A DNA stretch of 64,000 nt from Flavobacteriales bacterium (lineage in GTDB: Bacteria > Bacteroidota > Bacteroidia > Flavobacteriales_E > Vicingaceae), in assembly GCA_013359255.1 (NCBI GenBank), contig JABWCF010000015.1, forward strand, positions 26 through 64,025, read 5' to 3'. The notes below the pieces were generated by a model, which was given only the letters and a program-made list of their open reading frames with translations, ran no database searches and was not told where the DNA came from. Position numbers and translations under genes: made by a program. Below, piece by piece: positions 44,357-55,473 of this stretch. Positions within the stretch are counted from its first letter, which is position 1; each line of letters opens with the position of its first letter.

Positions 44357-47300
44357 TTAAAAGAATGCTCTTACTTGTACACCTCCTGAATGAACTGTTT
44401 TTGAGTTTTCCGACAAACGGCCATTATACGTTAAATTAAGTTGAGTATTTGCAGAAAGATTGTGTTGCCAAACAGCACTCCATGTATAATTTTTTCCGGG
44501 TTGTAAGGCCTCCATCATATCATATGCCACAGCTGTATTGGGCGTAGCATTGTAGTTGATATCAATAAAATTAAAATTTAAAATAACATTTCCTTTTGCA
44601 GGAGCAATATAGCGTAACTCGATTCCTGCCTTATTTAAAAAAGTTTTTTCGTTGCCATAAATCGGCTTGTTTATTTTTTGAATGTAGGTATAGTAAACCG
44701 ATAACCGAAAGGTTGTATTGGGCTGAAAACTAAAACGAGGTTCTGCTTCTTCGTAAGTAAAGGAGTAATTGCGATTGCTGAAATATTCCGAGAGGTTTGA
44801 TTTAACTCCGTTTTTGTAGTTTGCATTTAAGGTAAATTGGCTTAAAAAATTCCATCTACTTCGTACTTCGTAATACGTGTTTTCTCGCAATTCGTAGCCG
44901 TTGGTAAGCAGGGTCTTTCCTTTGTTATCTTGAAAAGTAAAGTCGAAACCATAAATGGGCGAAGTTCTGTTAAAGTAAAATGAATTTAATAAGGAGGTAT
45001 TTAGTGCTACCAAATGAGTGTCTGTAATATTTTCAGATAGGGGATTGTAGATGTTGTTGCGATTACCTGTTTTACGGTCAATACGGTACGAAGTTTTATC
45101 GGAAAATCGCGAAACAAATTTTTTAATTCCTTTTTTATTTCCCCAACGAGTTTCCGGCCTAATAAAAAAAGTTTGACTAAATTGGTTGGTGTAGGTCCTA
45201 ATGTATTGGTTGGTGGGGGTAAATATTTTAATGTAATGGGCCTGATCTTGAAACTGAGCTACTTCAAATTCGTTGAGTTCTTTAATTCCGTTATCGTTGT
45301 AGTCTTTCCATGCATGGGTTCCTTGTCCGGGCTGCACTTCTAAAAATCTGAACTCTTTTTTCAGTTCCATGCCTGAACCAATTTCATAATAGGAGCCCGA
45401 GGTAAGCAGGCCTTTTCCTGCAAGTGCGTGGTATTCGGCACGACCTAAAATCGTTTCTTCTGGTTTGGTAACGCTAATAAGCGAATCGGTAACTCTTAAT
45501 TTACGATAGGTAGTTTTTATTTTAAAACGGCTGTTTTTATTTTGATTCATTGCCCATTCAAAATTTATATCATCGGCTATACTGGCCAGTTTAAAGCGGC
45601 TTTGGAAAGGAAATAAATCTTCGCGATACTGATAGCTTACGCCTAGCTTGTTTTCAAGAGTATCGGCTACTTCTACAAACGCTTTAAGAATGTTCCACCG
45701 AAAACTATTTGCCAGTAAGGTATCGATACGGGGTAAAGAAAATTTATTTTGTTCTACCTCTTCGTAGAGGCCAATTTGCACTTTTCTTATAGTTTGAGAA
45801 AGGCTGGCATTGTGGCGCAAAAACGCTGAAACTACTTTGCCGTCCGACTGAAGGAAACTCCCATTTCCTTTTACCTGAAACCCTTTTTGAAAAAAGAACA
45901 CATTGGCCGTATTTTTAAATCCTTCGTATTCTTTTTCGCTTACAAAAGAGCCCGCTTCGTAGCGTAGCAGGAGCTTGTCTTTTTTTTCAATTCCGGAGTA
46001 GGCTTTGGCAATGTATTGTTTATTGAGCAGAGGGATTTGGCTTACGTTCCAGTCGCGTTCAAATTCAACAGTTCTGAATCGTTCAATGGGCTCAAAATAT
46101 TCGTCTGTCATTTCAAATCCGCCCCCTGCAATAATTTGTAGTGGGTTTTTATGTGTATCGAGCGGAAAAGCGTTATCGGCTAAAATTCTTAAGGCATACC
46201 CAACATTGTCGTTTTGATCTTTAGCCGAAAAGGTATTGATATCGTTCGATGAAACGGCTGTTTCCAGTTGAATTTTTCCTTTTTTACCCCATTTAAAATC
46301 GCTGCCAAAGGTGGCCATTTGTTTACGTTTTGGCGTAATAAGCAATATCACCGGTTCGTAATTACCTTGCGGAATACCGTTAAGGGGAGCTACCCATTTA
46401 AATACCCTCCCGTTGGCGGTGCTTTTCGTTTGCACATAATTTCCTTTATTGATTCCAACTTGCGAAAAAGAGAGTTTATATCGTGCACTATCTGAATTTG
46501 TAGAATACACATAAACCGGAGAATAAGACACACTATTGACCAACGTATCCATTTTTTTATACAGCACGGCATCATTTACAAAGGGAACACTGTCAATGCC
46601 CGGAACCACAGCCATGTAGAGGCTGTCGCCTATTTGCGAAAGCAACCTGCGTTGGGCGGTATCTAACTCTTGCCGCAGGGGTTGGTTTTTGGCATCTTGT
46701 TCAGAATACATGTTGATGCGGTAATTAGCACGCGATGTTTGGTATTCGGTTCCGGCATAAAAAAGCGAGCGGGCATAGTTTTTATCGGAATACTGAAACT
46801 CGGCTACAATACGCGAAAACTGAGTAATTAAGCGATTAGCGGTAAATGTAATTTCGGCTGTATTGTAATCAATTACGTAGTCGTAATCCTGTCCGCGTTC
46901 CATCAGTTTTCCATCTACAAATACTTTTTCTGTGCCTGCTAATACAATAATAAATGTTTCGTTTTCACTGCCTGTAAGTCTATATGGACCTTGATTTCCC
47001 TCAATTCCATTTATTACATTGCGGGCAAATTTCCCTTTAGATACTGCACCACTTCCTTTAACCACTACGGAGTGTTCTTTTTTATTTTCTTTTGGAATCG
47101 CATATTTTCCCGAAAAACTTCCGCCTTGTGCCCTTTTATTAAAATTCATGAAATAACCTATGGGCTTATTTAGAAAAAAATCTCCGGCAACGAGTTCGTT
47201 TTTTTCGTCAAAAACTTTTATGTACACTTGGTCAAATTCCTGCAAAAGTTGCGTGTTTCCATCAGGTTGAATGGGAATATTATCATCAGAAATAGCCGCC

Positions 47301-47848
47301 ACAATATTTATGTTTTCCGTAAGCTTACCCGAAAGCTGAAGGTTAAGATTGGAGTTAACTGCTAAATCCTGATTATTGCCAAAACTTACGCCACGAGAAA
47401 TACTTCCTGTTTTATTTAACCCTTGCCAACTAAAAATATCATCGGGGCTCGAGATGTATTTAAAAACAAAAGGATTCGTTTCGGAATTTCCTGAGTTTTC
47501 GTTTATCGTAAATTTTTTATGGAAATAAGGTTTTGTAAAAAGAAGGGGGAAAACTCTGTAGCTTACCGTTATTTCGGTGGGTATAAAGTCTAATTCATCT
47601 AATTTTTCTCTGTTGAGAACGAGTATACTGTTGGCTACATCTAAGGTGTAAAACGAACTATCCAACACATTGTGTTGATTGATTTTAATAAACTCTGAAC
47701 CGGGTATAATGCTCAGCGTATCGAGCAGTAGGGTATCTTTTAGCAGATAAAAATTTTTACTCCGAAAATTAGAAGAAACCTGAGCTTTTACAGAGATGAC
47801 TGCAACCAACAGAAAAAATAAAAACGATATAAATTTATTTGCCTGCAA
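44357..47848 (-). CDS. large hypothetical outer-membrane protein (beta-barrel-like)
   Basis: 1163 aa; signal peptide; amphipathic strands; ends in the aromatic VQVRAFF. Confidence 0.7.
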   Translation of the reverse strand: MQANKFISFLFFLLVAVISVKAQVSSNFRSKNFYLLKDTLLLDTLSIIPGSEFIKINQHNVLDSSFYTLDVANSILVLNREKLDELDFIPTEITVSYRVFPLLFTKPYFHKKFTINENSGNSETNPFVFKYISSPDDIFSWQGLNKTGSISRGVSFGNNQDLAVNSNLNLQLSGKLTENINIVAAISDDNIPIQPDGNTQLLQEFDQVYIKVFDEKNELVAGDFFLNKPIGYFMNFNKRAQGGSFSGKYAIPKENKKEHSVVVKGSGAVSKGKFARNVINGIEGNQGPYRLTGSENETFIIVLAGTEKVFVDGKLMERGQDYDYVIDYNTAEITFTANRLITQFSRIVAEFQYSDKNYARSLFYAGTEYQTSRANYRINMYSEQDAKNQPLRQELDTAQRRLLSQIGDSLYMAVVPGIDSVPFVNDAVLYKKMDTLVNSVSYSPVYVYSTNSDSARYKLSFSQVGINKGNYVQTKSTANGRVFKWVAPLNGIPQGNYEPVILLITPKRKQMATFGSDFKWGKKGKIQLETAVSSNDINTFSAKDQNDNVGYALRILADNAFPLDTHKNPLQIIAGGGFEMTDEYFEPIERFRTVEFERDWNVSQIPLLNKQYIAKAYSGIEKKDKLLLRYEAGSFVSEKEYEGFKNTANVFFFQKGFQVKGNGSFLQSDGKVVSAFLRHNASLSQTIRKVQIGLYEEVEQNKFSLPRIDTLLANSFRWNILKAFVEVADTLENKLGVSYQYREDLFPFQSRFKLASIADDINFEWAMNQNKNSRFKIKTTYRKLRVTDSLISVTKPEETILGRAEYHALAGKGLLTSGSYYEIGSGMELKKEFRFLEVQPGQGTHAWKDYNDNGIKELNEFEVAQFQDQAHYIKIFTPTNQYIRTYTNQFSQTFFIRPETRWGNKKGIKKFVSRFSDKTSYRIDRKTGNRNNIYNPLSENITDTHLVALNTSLLNSFYFNRTSPIYGFDFTFQDNKGKTLLTNGYELRENTYYEVRSRWNFLSQFTLNANYKNGVKSNLSEYFSNRNYSFTYEEAEPRFSFQPNTTFRLSVYYTYIQKINKPIYGNEKTFLNKAGIELRYIAPAKGNVILNFNFIDINYNATPNTAVAYDMMEALQPGKNYTWSAVWQHNLSANTQLNLTYNGRLSENSKTVHSGGVQVRAFF

Positions 47849-47987
47849 CTAATATAGGGAGAGTTTAGAAAGCATAAAAGTACAACCGTTTTTTTATTCG
47901 TGTTTTTATAACGCAACAGTCTGTAATTTATTTAAAAATTATGTACGTTTACTTCCTCCCAAAATAGGGAAGTATAAATTACCCAAA

Positions 47988-48752
47988 ATGAAAATAGTAA
48001 CTTACAATGTAAATGGCATACGATCGGCTATTGGTAAAGGTTTTGCAGAATGGCTAAAAGCGGTAAATCCTGATGTTTTATGCCTTCAGGAAATTAAAGC
48101 AAATGCAGAACAAATACCGGTTAAATTATTTGAAGAGCAGGGATATTACCACTATTGGTATCCGGCACAAAAAAAAGGATATAGTGGAGTCGCCATTCTC
48201 ACAAAAACAAAGCCATTAAATGTTACCTACGGTTGCGGAATAGAGAAATATGATGTAGAAGGAAGGGTATTACGTGCCGACTTTGATTTTGCTTCGGTAA
48301 TGAGCGTGTATATGCCTTCGGGCACTACAGGAGACGAGCGTCAGGCCTTTAAAATGCAATGGCTCGATGATTTTAGAAAATACATTTCCGAACTTCGGAA
48401 AACGCACCCTTGTTTAGTTATTTCGGGCGATTTTAATATTTGTCATAAACCCATAGATATACATAACCCCGTTTCCAATAAAAACTCCTCAGGCTTTTTG
48501 CCCGAAGAAAGGGCTTGGGTCGATTTATTTCTTTCCGATGGATTTATAGACTCATTTAGGGCGTTTAACCACCAGCCTCACCAATACACATGGTGGAGTT
48601 TTAGGGCCAATGCAAGGGCTAAAAATTTAGGGTGGAGAATAGATTACCACATGACCAGCGAAGTGCTACGGGAATGCCTGAAATCTAGCCATATACTTCC
48701 AGAGGCCAAACATTCCGACCATTGTCCCGTTTTGCTAGAATTAAACTACTAA
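47988..48752 (+). CDS. xth: exodeoxyribonuclease III
   Basis: NVNGIR, LQEIK, GYSGVA, GDFNICH, GWRIDY, SDHCP. Confidence 0.95.
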   Translation: MKIVTYNVNGIRSAIGKGFAEWLKAVNPDVLCLQEIKANAEQIPVKLFEEQGYYHYWYPAQKKGYSGVAILTKTKPLNVTYGCGIEKYDVEGRVLRADFDFASVMSVYMPSGTTGDERQAFKMQWLDDFRKYISELRKTHPCLVISGDFNICHKPIDIHNPVSNKNSSGFLPEERAWVDLFLSDGFIDSFRAFNHQPHQYTWWSFRANARAKNLGWRIDYHMTSEVLRECLKSSHILPEAKHSDHCPVLLELNY

Positions 48753-48819
48753 TCGCCCATCTTTAGAATAATTTTTTAGGAATAATATAATAAAATTTAG
48801 AATATTCTAAGGTAAATTA

Positions 48820-48827
48820 TATATTTG
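48820..48827 (+). promoter_or_regulatory. Bacteroidota -7 box
   Basis: TATATTTG upstream of the substrate-binding protein gene. Confidence 0.45.
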
Positions 48828-48833
48828 TAACTT

Positions 48834-50615
48834 GTGAATTTAAAAAGAAAAGCTACATTGATTATGAAAAAAATAGCATTGGCAGTATTTGCGGCAACTT
48901 CGGTTTTACTTTATTCATGCGGAGGCGGAAATAACAAAAACGATAAAGAAGGTAAAATTGCAAAAGGAGGAGTGTATTACGGAGGGGTATTCAGAGTGAA
49001 CGAAACAGAAGACTTTAGAAGTCTTTACCCCTTAGATGTTACCGAAGTAGTATCTCATCGTATAGCGAACCAGGTTTACGAAGGCTTGGTAAAACTAAAC
49101 CAAGAAGATTTATCGGTAAAGCCTTGTATAGCCGAAAAATGGGATGTAAACGAAGATGCCACCTCGTTTGTTTTTTACCTGCGTAAAGGAGTTAAATTTC
49201 ACGAAAACGAATGCTTCCCCGAAGGAAAAGGAAGAGAAGTAAAGGCTCAGGATTTTAAATATTGTTTAGATAAAGTATGCGAATCGAACCCACAAAATCA
49301 AATGTTTTGGCTTTTTAAAGACCGTGTGGTAGGAGCCAACGAATACAACGAATCTACGGTTAAAAAAACTCCGCTTCAAGGTGGAGTTTCCGGAGTGAAG
49401 GTTATTGACGATTATACCCTGCAAATAGATCTTAGCTATTCTTTTGCAGGATTTTTAAATATTTTAAGCCATTCAGCCTGCTGGGTATATCCTAAAGAAG
49501 CATACGATAAATATGGTGTGGACATGCGTACCAATTGCGTAGGAACAGGAGCCTTCCGGATTAAAAATATCAAAGAAGGAGAAGCCGTTATCTTAGACAG
49601 AAATCCGGATTATTGGGGAATAGATCAATTTGGCAACCAGCTTCCATACTTAGATGCCGTTAAATACACTTTCATTAAAGAGAAAAAAGCAGAGTTGATG
49701 GAGTTTCGCAGAGGAAATCAGGAAATGGTTTTCCGCCTTCCTTTGGAAATGGTAAAAGAAGTAGTAACCGAATTTGAAGAAGCTAAAAACGGTGGAAATA
49801 TTTCATTCGAAATGCAGGTAGTTCCCGCTATGAGCGTTTTCTATTACGGCTTTCAACACAAATTGCCTCCCTTTGATAACAAATTGGTTCGTCAAGCATT
49901 CAATTTCGCAATAGACAGAGAATCTATAGTAAATTACACCTTGCAAGGTGATGGACGTGCCGGAATTTATGGCATTGTGCCTCCTTTTAAAGGGTACGAG
50001 TACGAAAAAATTGAAGGATTTAAATACGACCCCGAAAAAGCTCGCCAACTCTTAAAAGAAGCAGGGTACCCCAATGGAAAAGGATTTCCGAAAATGATTT
50101 TACAAATAAACAGCGGAGGAGGAGACCGAAATGTGCAAACAGCTGAAGTGATACAGAAAATGCTGAAAGAAAATTTGAATATTGATATTCAGATAGAAAT
50201 TATGCAGTTTGCTCAGCACTTAGAAAATTTGGAAACGGGTAAAGCTCTTTTTTGGAGAACAGGATGGACAGCTGATTACCCGGATCCAGAAAACTTTTTA
50301 AACTTGCTTTACAGCAAACATGTTCCCGAAAACTTAGCCGATAAATCATACATCAACTCGGTTCGATATCAAAGCACTCGGTTCGATTCTATTTTTGAAC
50401 TTGCACTTAGAGAAGTGGATGCTAAAAAACGTTTTGAACTTTTCCGTTTAGCCGACCAAGAAGCAATTAACGATGCTGCCATCATGCCTATTTTCTATGA
50501 TGAAAATACTCGATTGCTGCAAACTTACGTTAAAAACTTTCCGGCAAACGCCATGGAATACCGAGATTTGTCAGAAGTGTATCTTGACCAAAAGGAAATG
50601 AATGCTAAGAAATAA
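48834..50615 (+). CDS. ABC transporter family-5 (peptide/nickel) substrate-binding lipoprotein
   Basis: Lipobox LYSC; EGLV, LRKGVKFH, VRQAFNFAIDRE, WTADYPDP; probable start at 48864. Confidence 0.9.
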   Translation: MNLKRKATLIMKKIALAVFAATSVLLYSCGGGNNKNDKEGKIAKGGVYYGGVFRVNETEDFRSLYPLDVTEVVSHRIANQVYEGLVKLNQEDLSVKPCIAEKWDVNEDATSFVFYLRKGVKFHENECFPEGKGREVKAQDFKYCLDKVCESNPQNQMFWLFKDRVVGANEYNESTVKKTPLQGGVSGVKVIDDYTLQIDLSYSFAGFLNILSHSACWVYPKEAYDKYGVDMRTNCVGTGAFRIKNIKEGEAVILDRNPDYWGIDQFGNQLPYLDAVKYTFIKEKKAELMEFRRGNQEMVFRLPLEMVKEVVTEFEEAKNGGNISFEMQVVPAMSVFYYGFQHKLPPFDNKLVRQAFNFAIDRESIVNYTLQGDGRAGIYGIVPPFKGYEYEKIEGFKYDPEKARQLLKEAGYPNGKGFPKMILQINSGGGDRNVQTAEVIQKMLKENLNIDIQIEIMQFAQHLENLETGKALFWRTGWTADYPDPENFLNLLYSKHVPENLADKSYINSVRYQSTRFDSIFELALREVDAKKRFELFRLADQEAINDAAIMPIFYDENTRLLQTYVKNFPANAMEYRDLSEVYLDQKEMNAKK

Positions 50616-50647
50616 ATTTTATTTCATAAATCATTGACATTTTAGCT

Positions 50648-51073
50648 ATGAAGAAGTTTTTGTTTGCTGCGGTTTCGGTAGTTCTCTTTACTGCCTGTGC
50701 TAACCATTACAAGTATTTTGGCAGAACATACGCCCCTACCTCTGACGCACAACTTTATTTCAGAGAAACAGATATTTCAGAGCCATTTGAAGTAATGGGC
50801 AAAATGGATGTTACGGTTCCAGAAAAAATGAAAACAGAAAAAATTCAACGCAAAGTGCAGTCTACTGCAGCTAAAAAGGGAGCCGATGCAATCATTGTAG
50901 ATAATTTTGATATGCAGGCCGGAAGTTTTATAACTACCGGTGGCAATATTTCTCGCGAGTCGGAAGATGGAAGAACAAAAGGCGAAGGAGGAAAAAGCAA
51001 AACAAAAATTAAAAAAGATATTGTTGTAAAAGCCTCATTGGTTAAATTCAAAAAGAATATCCCAACCAATTAG
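50648..51073 (+). CDS. lipoprotein (YbjQ-like fold possible)
   Basis: Lipobox FTAC; AAKKGADAII motif. Confidence 0.65.
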   Translation: MKKFLFAAVSVVLFTACANHYKYFGRTYAPTSDAQLYFRETDISEPFEVMGKMDVTVPEKMKTEKIQRKVQSTAAKKGADAIIVDNFDMQAGSFITTGGNISRESEDGRTKGEGGKSKTKIKKDIVVKASLVKFKKNIPTN

Positions 51074-51094
51074 GAATCCTTTTTTACGAATTCT

Positions 51095-53185
51095 CTATTC
51101 CTTTATAAATCGTTGTATTTTGGTTCCTGCGGTTGTGTGCAGTTGTAGCAAGTAAACCCCCTTTGCTAAATACCCTACGTCCATTTTATAATTTTCGACC
51201 GAAATAATTTCGGTTTCCATTATAGGTTGTCCTATCAGGTTAAGCATTTTTAGTTTTCCATTTAGTTTCTCATTAAAGGATATAGTTACTTCATCTCCGG
51301 CAGGGTTTGGAAATAGTGAGAATGAAACTGTATTTTCATTTTCTTCCATTCCCACATTCACGGTAATATTAATATCATCAATGTAAATATAGTTTCCGCT
51401 TCCTTTGGCTGTTAGTTCAAATTTTAAAAGCACATTCGATAAGCCTTGAAAAGTGGTGCCCAAATTGGCTACGTCATCTCTCCAATGCCATGTAACCGCA
51501 GGAACAAAATTCCCAGAAACTAAACTTCCGCCATTGGTTACCAAATTATTTCCTTTTTTGGCATAGCGGATGGTCCATGTATTACCACAATCTTTCGAAG
51601 CATAGACTCTTAACATGTCTTCATCTTCTTCGAAACGCTTGGCATAAGCCACTTTAAACTTAACTCCGGGAACTCCTGTTAATCCGGACAAATCAATGGG
51701 AGGTGAAATAAAAGAAGATTTTTCATCATCGGGCACATCGGAGCAATTTAAACGTACAGAAGCTGTGCCTGTAGCTGCTGCATTTGTGGTTCTATTCCAA
51801 AAAAATCCCGATTCGCTTTCGTATTGCCAATTTTTAATAGGGTTGTTTATATGCAAAGGAAAATTGGAGTATTCAATACCTTCTAAAAAGGGAGCTACTT
51901 CTCCTCCGTTAATGTTTCCTACAATAATATATTGGTTTTTAGTTATTATATCGCTACCGGAAAGGTTAGACACGGTTAGTGTTGTATTGTAAACACCGGG
52001 CGAATTATAAAATACAATAGGATGTTGTAAATTGGAAGTAGCGGGTGTTCCTCCCTGAAAGACCCAGTTCCACTGCCAGTTTCCATCAATAGGAGCGTTG
52101 TAAGATAAATCGATGTATTGAACACTATCGGCTGCACAAATATTATTTTTATTGCTTTTAAAATCGGGAATGGGAATGCAATTAACGGGAACATATCCGT
52201 CATTGGTGCCCGTAGCAATAAGGTTTGCATTGGTCCATAAATTATTACGACCACCTGCTCCGGAAGCTAATGCGGCATGCATTCGGTCTTTTTGCCCTTC
52301 AGTAAACATTTTGGTGCATACTGCATAATCCATGTAGTTTTGCACGTTATCTAAGGAGTTGCAGTTCACAGCAGCCAAATCACACGACTGGCAATTGCCA
52401 ATCGTGTTGGGGGTATCAAAAACACCATCATCGGTAGAACAATTTCCCAAATCTCCACAACTGTTGCTGCTGCCCCATGTATGGGGTAAATTGAGGTAAT
52501 GTCCCACTTCGTGGGTGGTGGTACGTTTAGCAAAATTGCTTCCGTATGAGGTGCCTATGCCACCAAACTGTTTATTCAGCATTACGACTCCTTCGTATTT
52601 AGCTTGTGGTGCGGTGCCCGGGTAATAGGCATATCCGCCTGCTCCGAAAGAAATTTTTTCTACAATCCACATGTTTAAATATTTGTTCGTTGGCCAACTT
52701 ATTAAATCTTTTACATTATCATTTGCACTGTGTGTAAGTGGAGAAAATGTACGTGTAATCCCTTCGGTGCAGTTCCCGTAGGGGTCTATTCTGGCTAATC
52801 GAAATTCAATTTCACTATTGGCTGCAATGCCTTTGAAAGCCTGAATAATTTGATTTGTATCGGAGTTTAATTTTTGGAAATCTTCATTTAATATTTTCAA
52901 TTCATCTTCTACTTGTGCTTTGGAAATATTTTCGCTGCCATAGGTGTGAATGATGTGTACTACTACCGGAATAATTTTATTGACACCTTCTGTTCCATTA
53001 TTTTTGTATGAATATTGAAGTGCTTTTTCGTTTTCTTCTTCCATCAGCAAACGCAGAGAGGGGTTGCTCTGTATAGATTTTTCAATCATTTCGGTGGCTC
53101 CGCATGGAAGTTCCTGAGCAGAAACAAGGCTAGCCCTATTAGATAAAAACAAGGTAAACAAAAGGTATACTGTAACTTTTTTCAT
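51095..53185 (-). CDS. M43 (pappalysin-like) zinc metalloprotease with PKD and T9SS domains
   Basis: HEVGHYLNLPH, NYMDY Met-turn, WNWVFQGG PKD, LFPNPA...GVYLL C-terminal domain. Confidence 0.9.
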   Translation of the reverse strand: MKKVTVYLLFTLFLSNRASLVSAQELPCGATEMIEKSIQSNPSLRLLMEEENEKALQYSYKNNGTEGVNKIIPVVVHIIHTYGSENISKAQVEDELKILNEDFQKLNSDTNQIIQAFKGIAANSEIEFRLARIDPYGNCTEGITRTFSPLTHSANDNVKDLISWPTNKYLNMWIVEKISFGAGGYAYYPGTAPQAKYEGVVMLNKQFGGIGTSYGSNFAKRTTTHEVGHYLNLPHTWGSSNSCGDLGNCSTDDGVFDTPNTIGNCQSCDLAAVNCNSLDNVQNYMDYAVCTKMFTEGQKDRMHAALASGAGGRNNLWTNANLIATGTNDGYVPVNCIPIPDFKSNKNNICAADSVQYIDLSYNAPIDGNWQWNWVFQGGTPATSNLQHPIVFYNSPGVYNTTLTVSNLSGSDIITKNQYIIVGNINGGEVAPFLEGIEYSNFPLHINNPIKNWQYESESGFFWNRTTNAAATGTASVRLNCSDVPDDEKSSFISPPIDLSGLTGVPGVKFKVAYAKRFEEDEDMLRVYASKDCGNTWTIRYAKKGNNLVTNGGSLVSGNFVPAVTWHWRDDVANLGTTFQGLSNVLLKFELTAKGSGNYIYIDDINITVNVGMEENENTVSFSLFPNPAGDEVTISFNEKLNGKLKMLNLIGQPIMETEIISVENYKMDVGYLAKGVYLLQLHTTAGTKIQRFIKE

Positions 53186-53247
53186 AGTTACAATTTTACT
53201 GATATTACTTTTAAGAATTAAATATGAAATTTTTTTATCTTGGATTC

Positions 53248-53997
53248 TTAATTAGGTTTTGAAAGTTCGGTAATCAATTTTTGAGTAGCAATAGGCAATA
53301 GTGTTTCTTTTATTGGATAAGCTCCGTCAGATTCTACCACAAATGTTGCAGGTACCGGAATTTTTCGGTAATTTCTCAAGAAATCTAGTTTTACTGAGTA
53401 GATGGTATTTGAAACGCTTAAAATATACGACTGAATAAAAGTTGTTTTAACAGTAATATGAGAGGCAAAAGAGCTTATGTTATCTATTGCGTACTCAAAA
53501 ATAAAGACTTTATTTTTTCTTTGTAAATCTAAAATAATTATGCCCTCCTCTTTGTAAAGAGGAACAATTCCAAGAGAGTAAACGTGTATTGTTTGTTCAG
53601 CCTTTTGTTTTATTTCTTTACCTATTTCTATAGTGCTTTTTAAAATGGGTTCAGTAAAATCAAGTATTTTATCTATAGGTTCGAGTATCATCTCCTCTTC
53701 TTTATTTGCAGCATAATGCAGTTTTGCTTCTTTAAGGTCAACACCCGATAAAAAGAAATTTACTTCTGTTTTTAGTCTTTGTCTTTCGTTTTTTAATTTC
53801 ATTAAATCATCGAGATGCATTGTTATTTCGGACAAAAAAGGTTGTATCTTTTTGTTTCGGAAATTGCTTTTCGCTTTATTTATATAACTCAGAAACTGGT
53901 ATTGCTTGTACTCAAAGTCTAAGGTATGTTCGGTTATCCAATTTCTACTTAGCATGGTATTATTAATAGTTGTGTGTTTATAAATTAGTATAAGCAA
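53248..53997 (-). CDS. conserved hypothetical protein
   Basis: 249-aa ORF; likely start at MLSRNW. Confidence 0.65.
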   Translation of the reverse strand: MLILIYKHTTINNTMLSRNWITEHTLDFEYKQYQFLSYINKAKSNFRNKKIQPFLSEITMHLDDLMKLKNERQRLKTEVNFFLSGVDLKEAKLHYAANKEEEMILEPIDKILDFTEPILKSTIEIGKEIKQKAEQTIHVYSLGIVPLYKEEGIIILDLQRKNKVFIFEYAIDNISSFASHITVKTTFIQSYILSVSNTIYSVKLDFLRNYRKIPVPATFVVESDGAYPIKETLLPIATQKLITELSKPN

Positions 53998-54002
53998 TAA
54001 AA

Positions 54003-55031
54003 ATGCCTAATATACATTATCGTATTCTTGTAATAAAAAAGGTTATGCTTATACGTGTTCAAAATATATGTGTTGCGGTTTTTGGTTTAATTCTTTTTGC
54101 CTGTGTGCCTGCCAGAAAATTTGAAGAAGTTCAGAACCGACAAAAAAAATGTGCAGCCGAATTAGAGGCTTATAAAACAGCCAATATGGAGCTGGAAAAT
54201 AAAAATAATGAGCTGAATGCAAAATTTGCCGATATGGAAAAACGTATTGCGGCACTGCAAAACGATACATTTATTCAGGGAATGTCGTTGAGGCAATTAA
54301 CAGAGAACTACAATAATATTAATAAAACCTATCAACTTCTGTTAGATAAAAATAAAGAATTGCTTTCCGGTAATGCCGAAGAAACTAAAAAATTGATGAA
54401 ACAATTACAAGTTACACAAGAAGAATTACAAAGAAAAGAAGATGCTTTGCGGGCCTTAGAAAAAGATTTAAATACAAAAACATTCGAACTTTCTAAAAGA
54501 GAAGCCAGGGTAAAGGAATTAGAATCAATTATTAGTAAAAAAGATTCAGCCGTAAAGGCACTAAAACAAAAAGTACAGGATGCCCTGCTTGGTTTTGAAA
54601 ACAGCGGGCTTACCATAGAACAAAAAAATGGCAAAGTGTATGTTTCACTCGAAGAAAGTTTATTGTTCTCATCGGGCAGCTATACGGTAGAACAAAAAGG
54701 AGTAGAGGTGCTTAAAAAACTGGCAAAAGTATTGGAACAAAATGCCGATATAAATATTTTGGTAGAAGGCCATACCGATAATGTGCCCTACAAAGGCAGC
54801 GGAGCCATAAAAGATAATTGGGATTTAAGTGTTATGCGAGCTACCTCGGTAGTTAAAATAATAACCAGCAACAGCAAGGTTGACCCTAAACGTCTAGAGG
54901 CTGCCGGCAAAGGCGAATTTATGCCTATTGATGCCGCCAACACTCCGGAAGCAAGGAAGAAGAACAGAAGAACCGATGTAATACTTACTCCTAAACTAGA
55001 TGAGCTGTTACAAATTTTAGAAACCAATTAA
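54003..55031 (+). CDS. OmpA/MotB family lipoprotein with coiled coil
   Basis: Lipobox LFAC; coiled coil; VEGHTDNVP, NWDLSVMRA, NRR. Confidence 0.88.
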   Translation: MPNIHYRILVIKKVMLIRVQNICVAVFGLILFACVPARKFEEVQNRQKKCAAELEAYKTANMELENKNNELNAKFADMEKRIAALQNDTFIQGMSLRQLTENYNNINKTYQLLLDKNKELLSGNAEETKKLMKQLQVTQEELQRKEDALRALEKDLNTKTFELSKREARVKELESIISKKDSAVKALKQKVQDALLGFENSGLTIEQKNGKVYVSLEESLLFSSGSYTVEQKGVEVLKKLAKVLEQNADINILVEGHTDNVPYKGSGAIKDNWDLSVMRATSVVKIITSNSKVDPKRLEAAGKGEFMPIDAANTPEARKKNRRTDVILTPKLDELLQILETN

Positions 55032-55450
55032 ATTTTAAAATCTTCTGTTTTAGTTTTTCTATATCTGAGGTCGGCTCGGAGATTTAATCATAGAACTTAA
55101 TACCGCAACTTTTACAGGAACCAAATCTTCTGTTTTTATTATCATGTTGTCCGTTGGCCTTATCTCTTTAACCAGATGAAGAATTTTATCGTCTACGATT
55201 TTTCTAATAACCACCACATAATTTTTAGAAGATGGGATTTTGCTGAATAGAAAATTTCCGGAGTTGCTTGAAGTGGTACCAATAATAGAATTTAATAACA
55301 ATATATTTAGTATTTTATTTTATTAATTACAATTTATTAATTATTTAATTCTTTTATAAATCATATAAACAATAGATAACATAAGCAAATGTTCTATAAA
55401 TTAATATTTATACTGTTTAAATAGGTTGCTCTATATTTTATTAATTGGGT

Positions 55451-55458
55451 TATTTTTG
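55451..55458 (+). promoter_or_regulatory. Bacteroidota -7 box
   Basis: TATTTTTG upstream of rfaD. Confidence 0.4.
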
Positions 55459-55473
55459 CCTTATATATAAAAT

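Noticed and set aside
55059-55301. 80-aa minus-strand ORF between the OmpA/MotB gene and rfaD
   Set aside because: No recognisable motif and it lies in very AT-rich DNA. It could be a gene fragment but I cannot support it.
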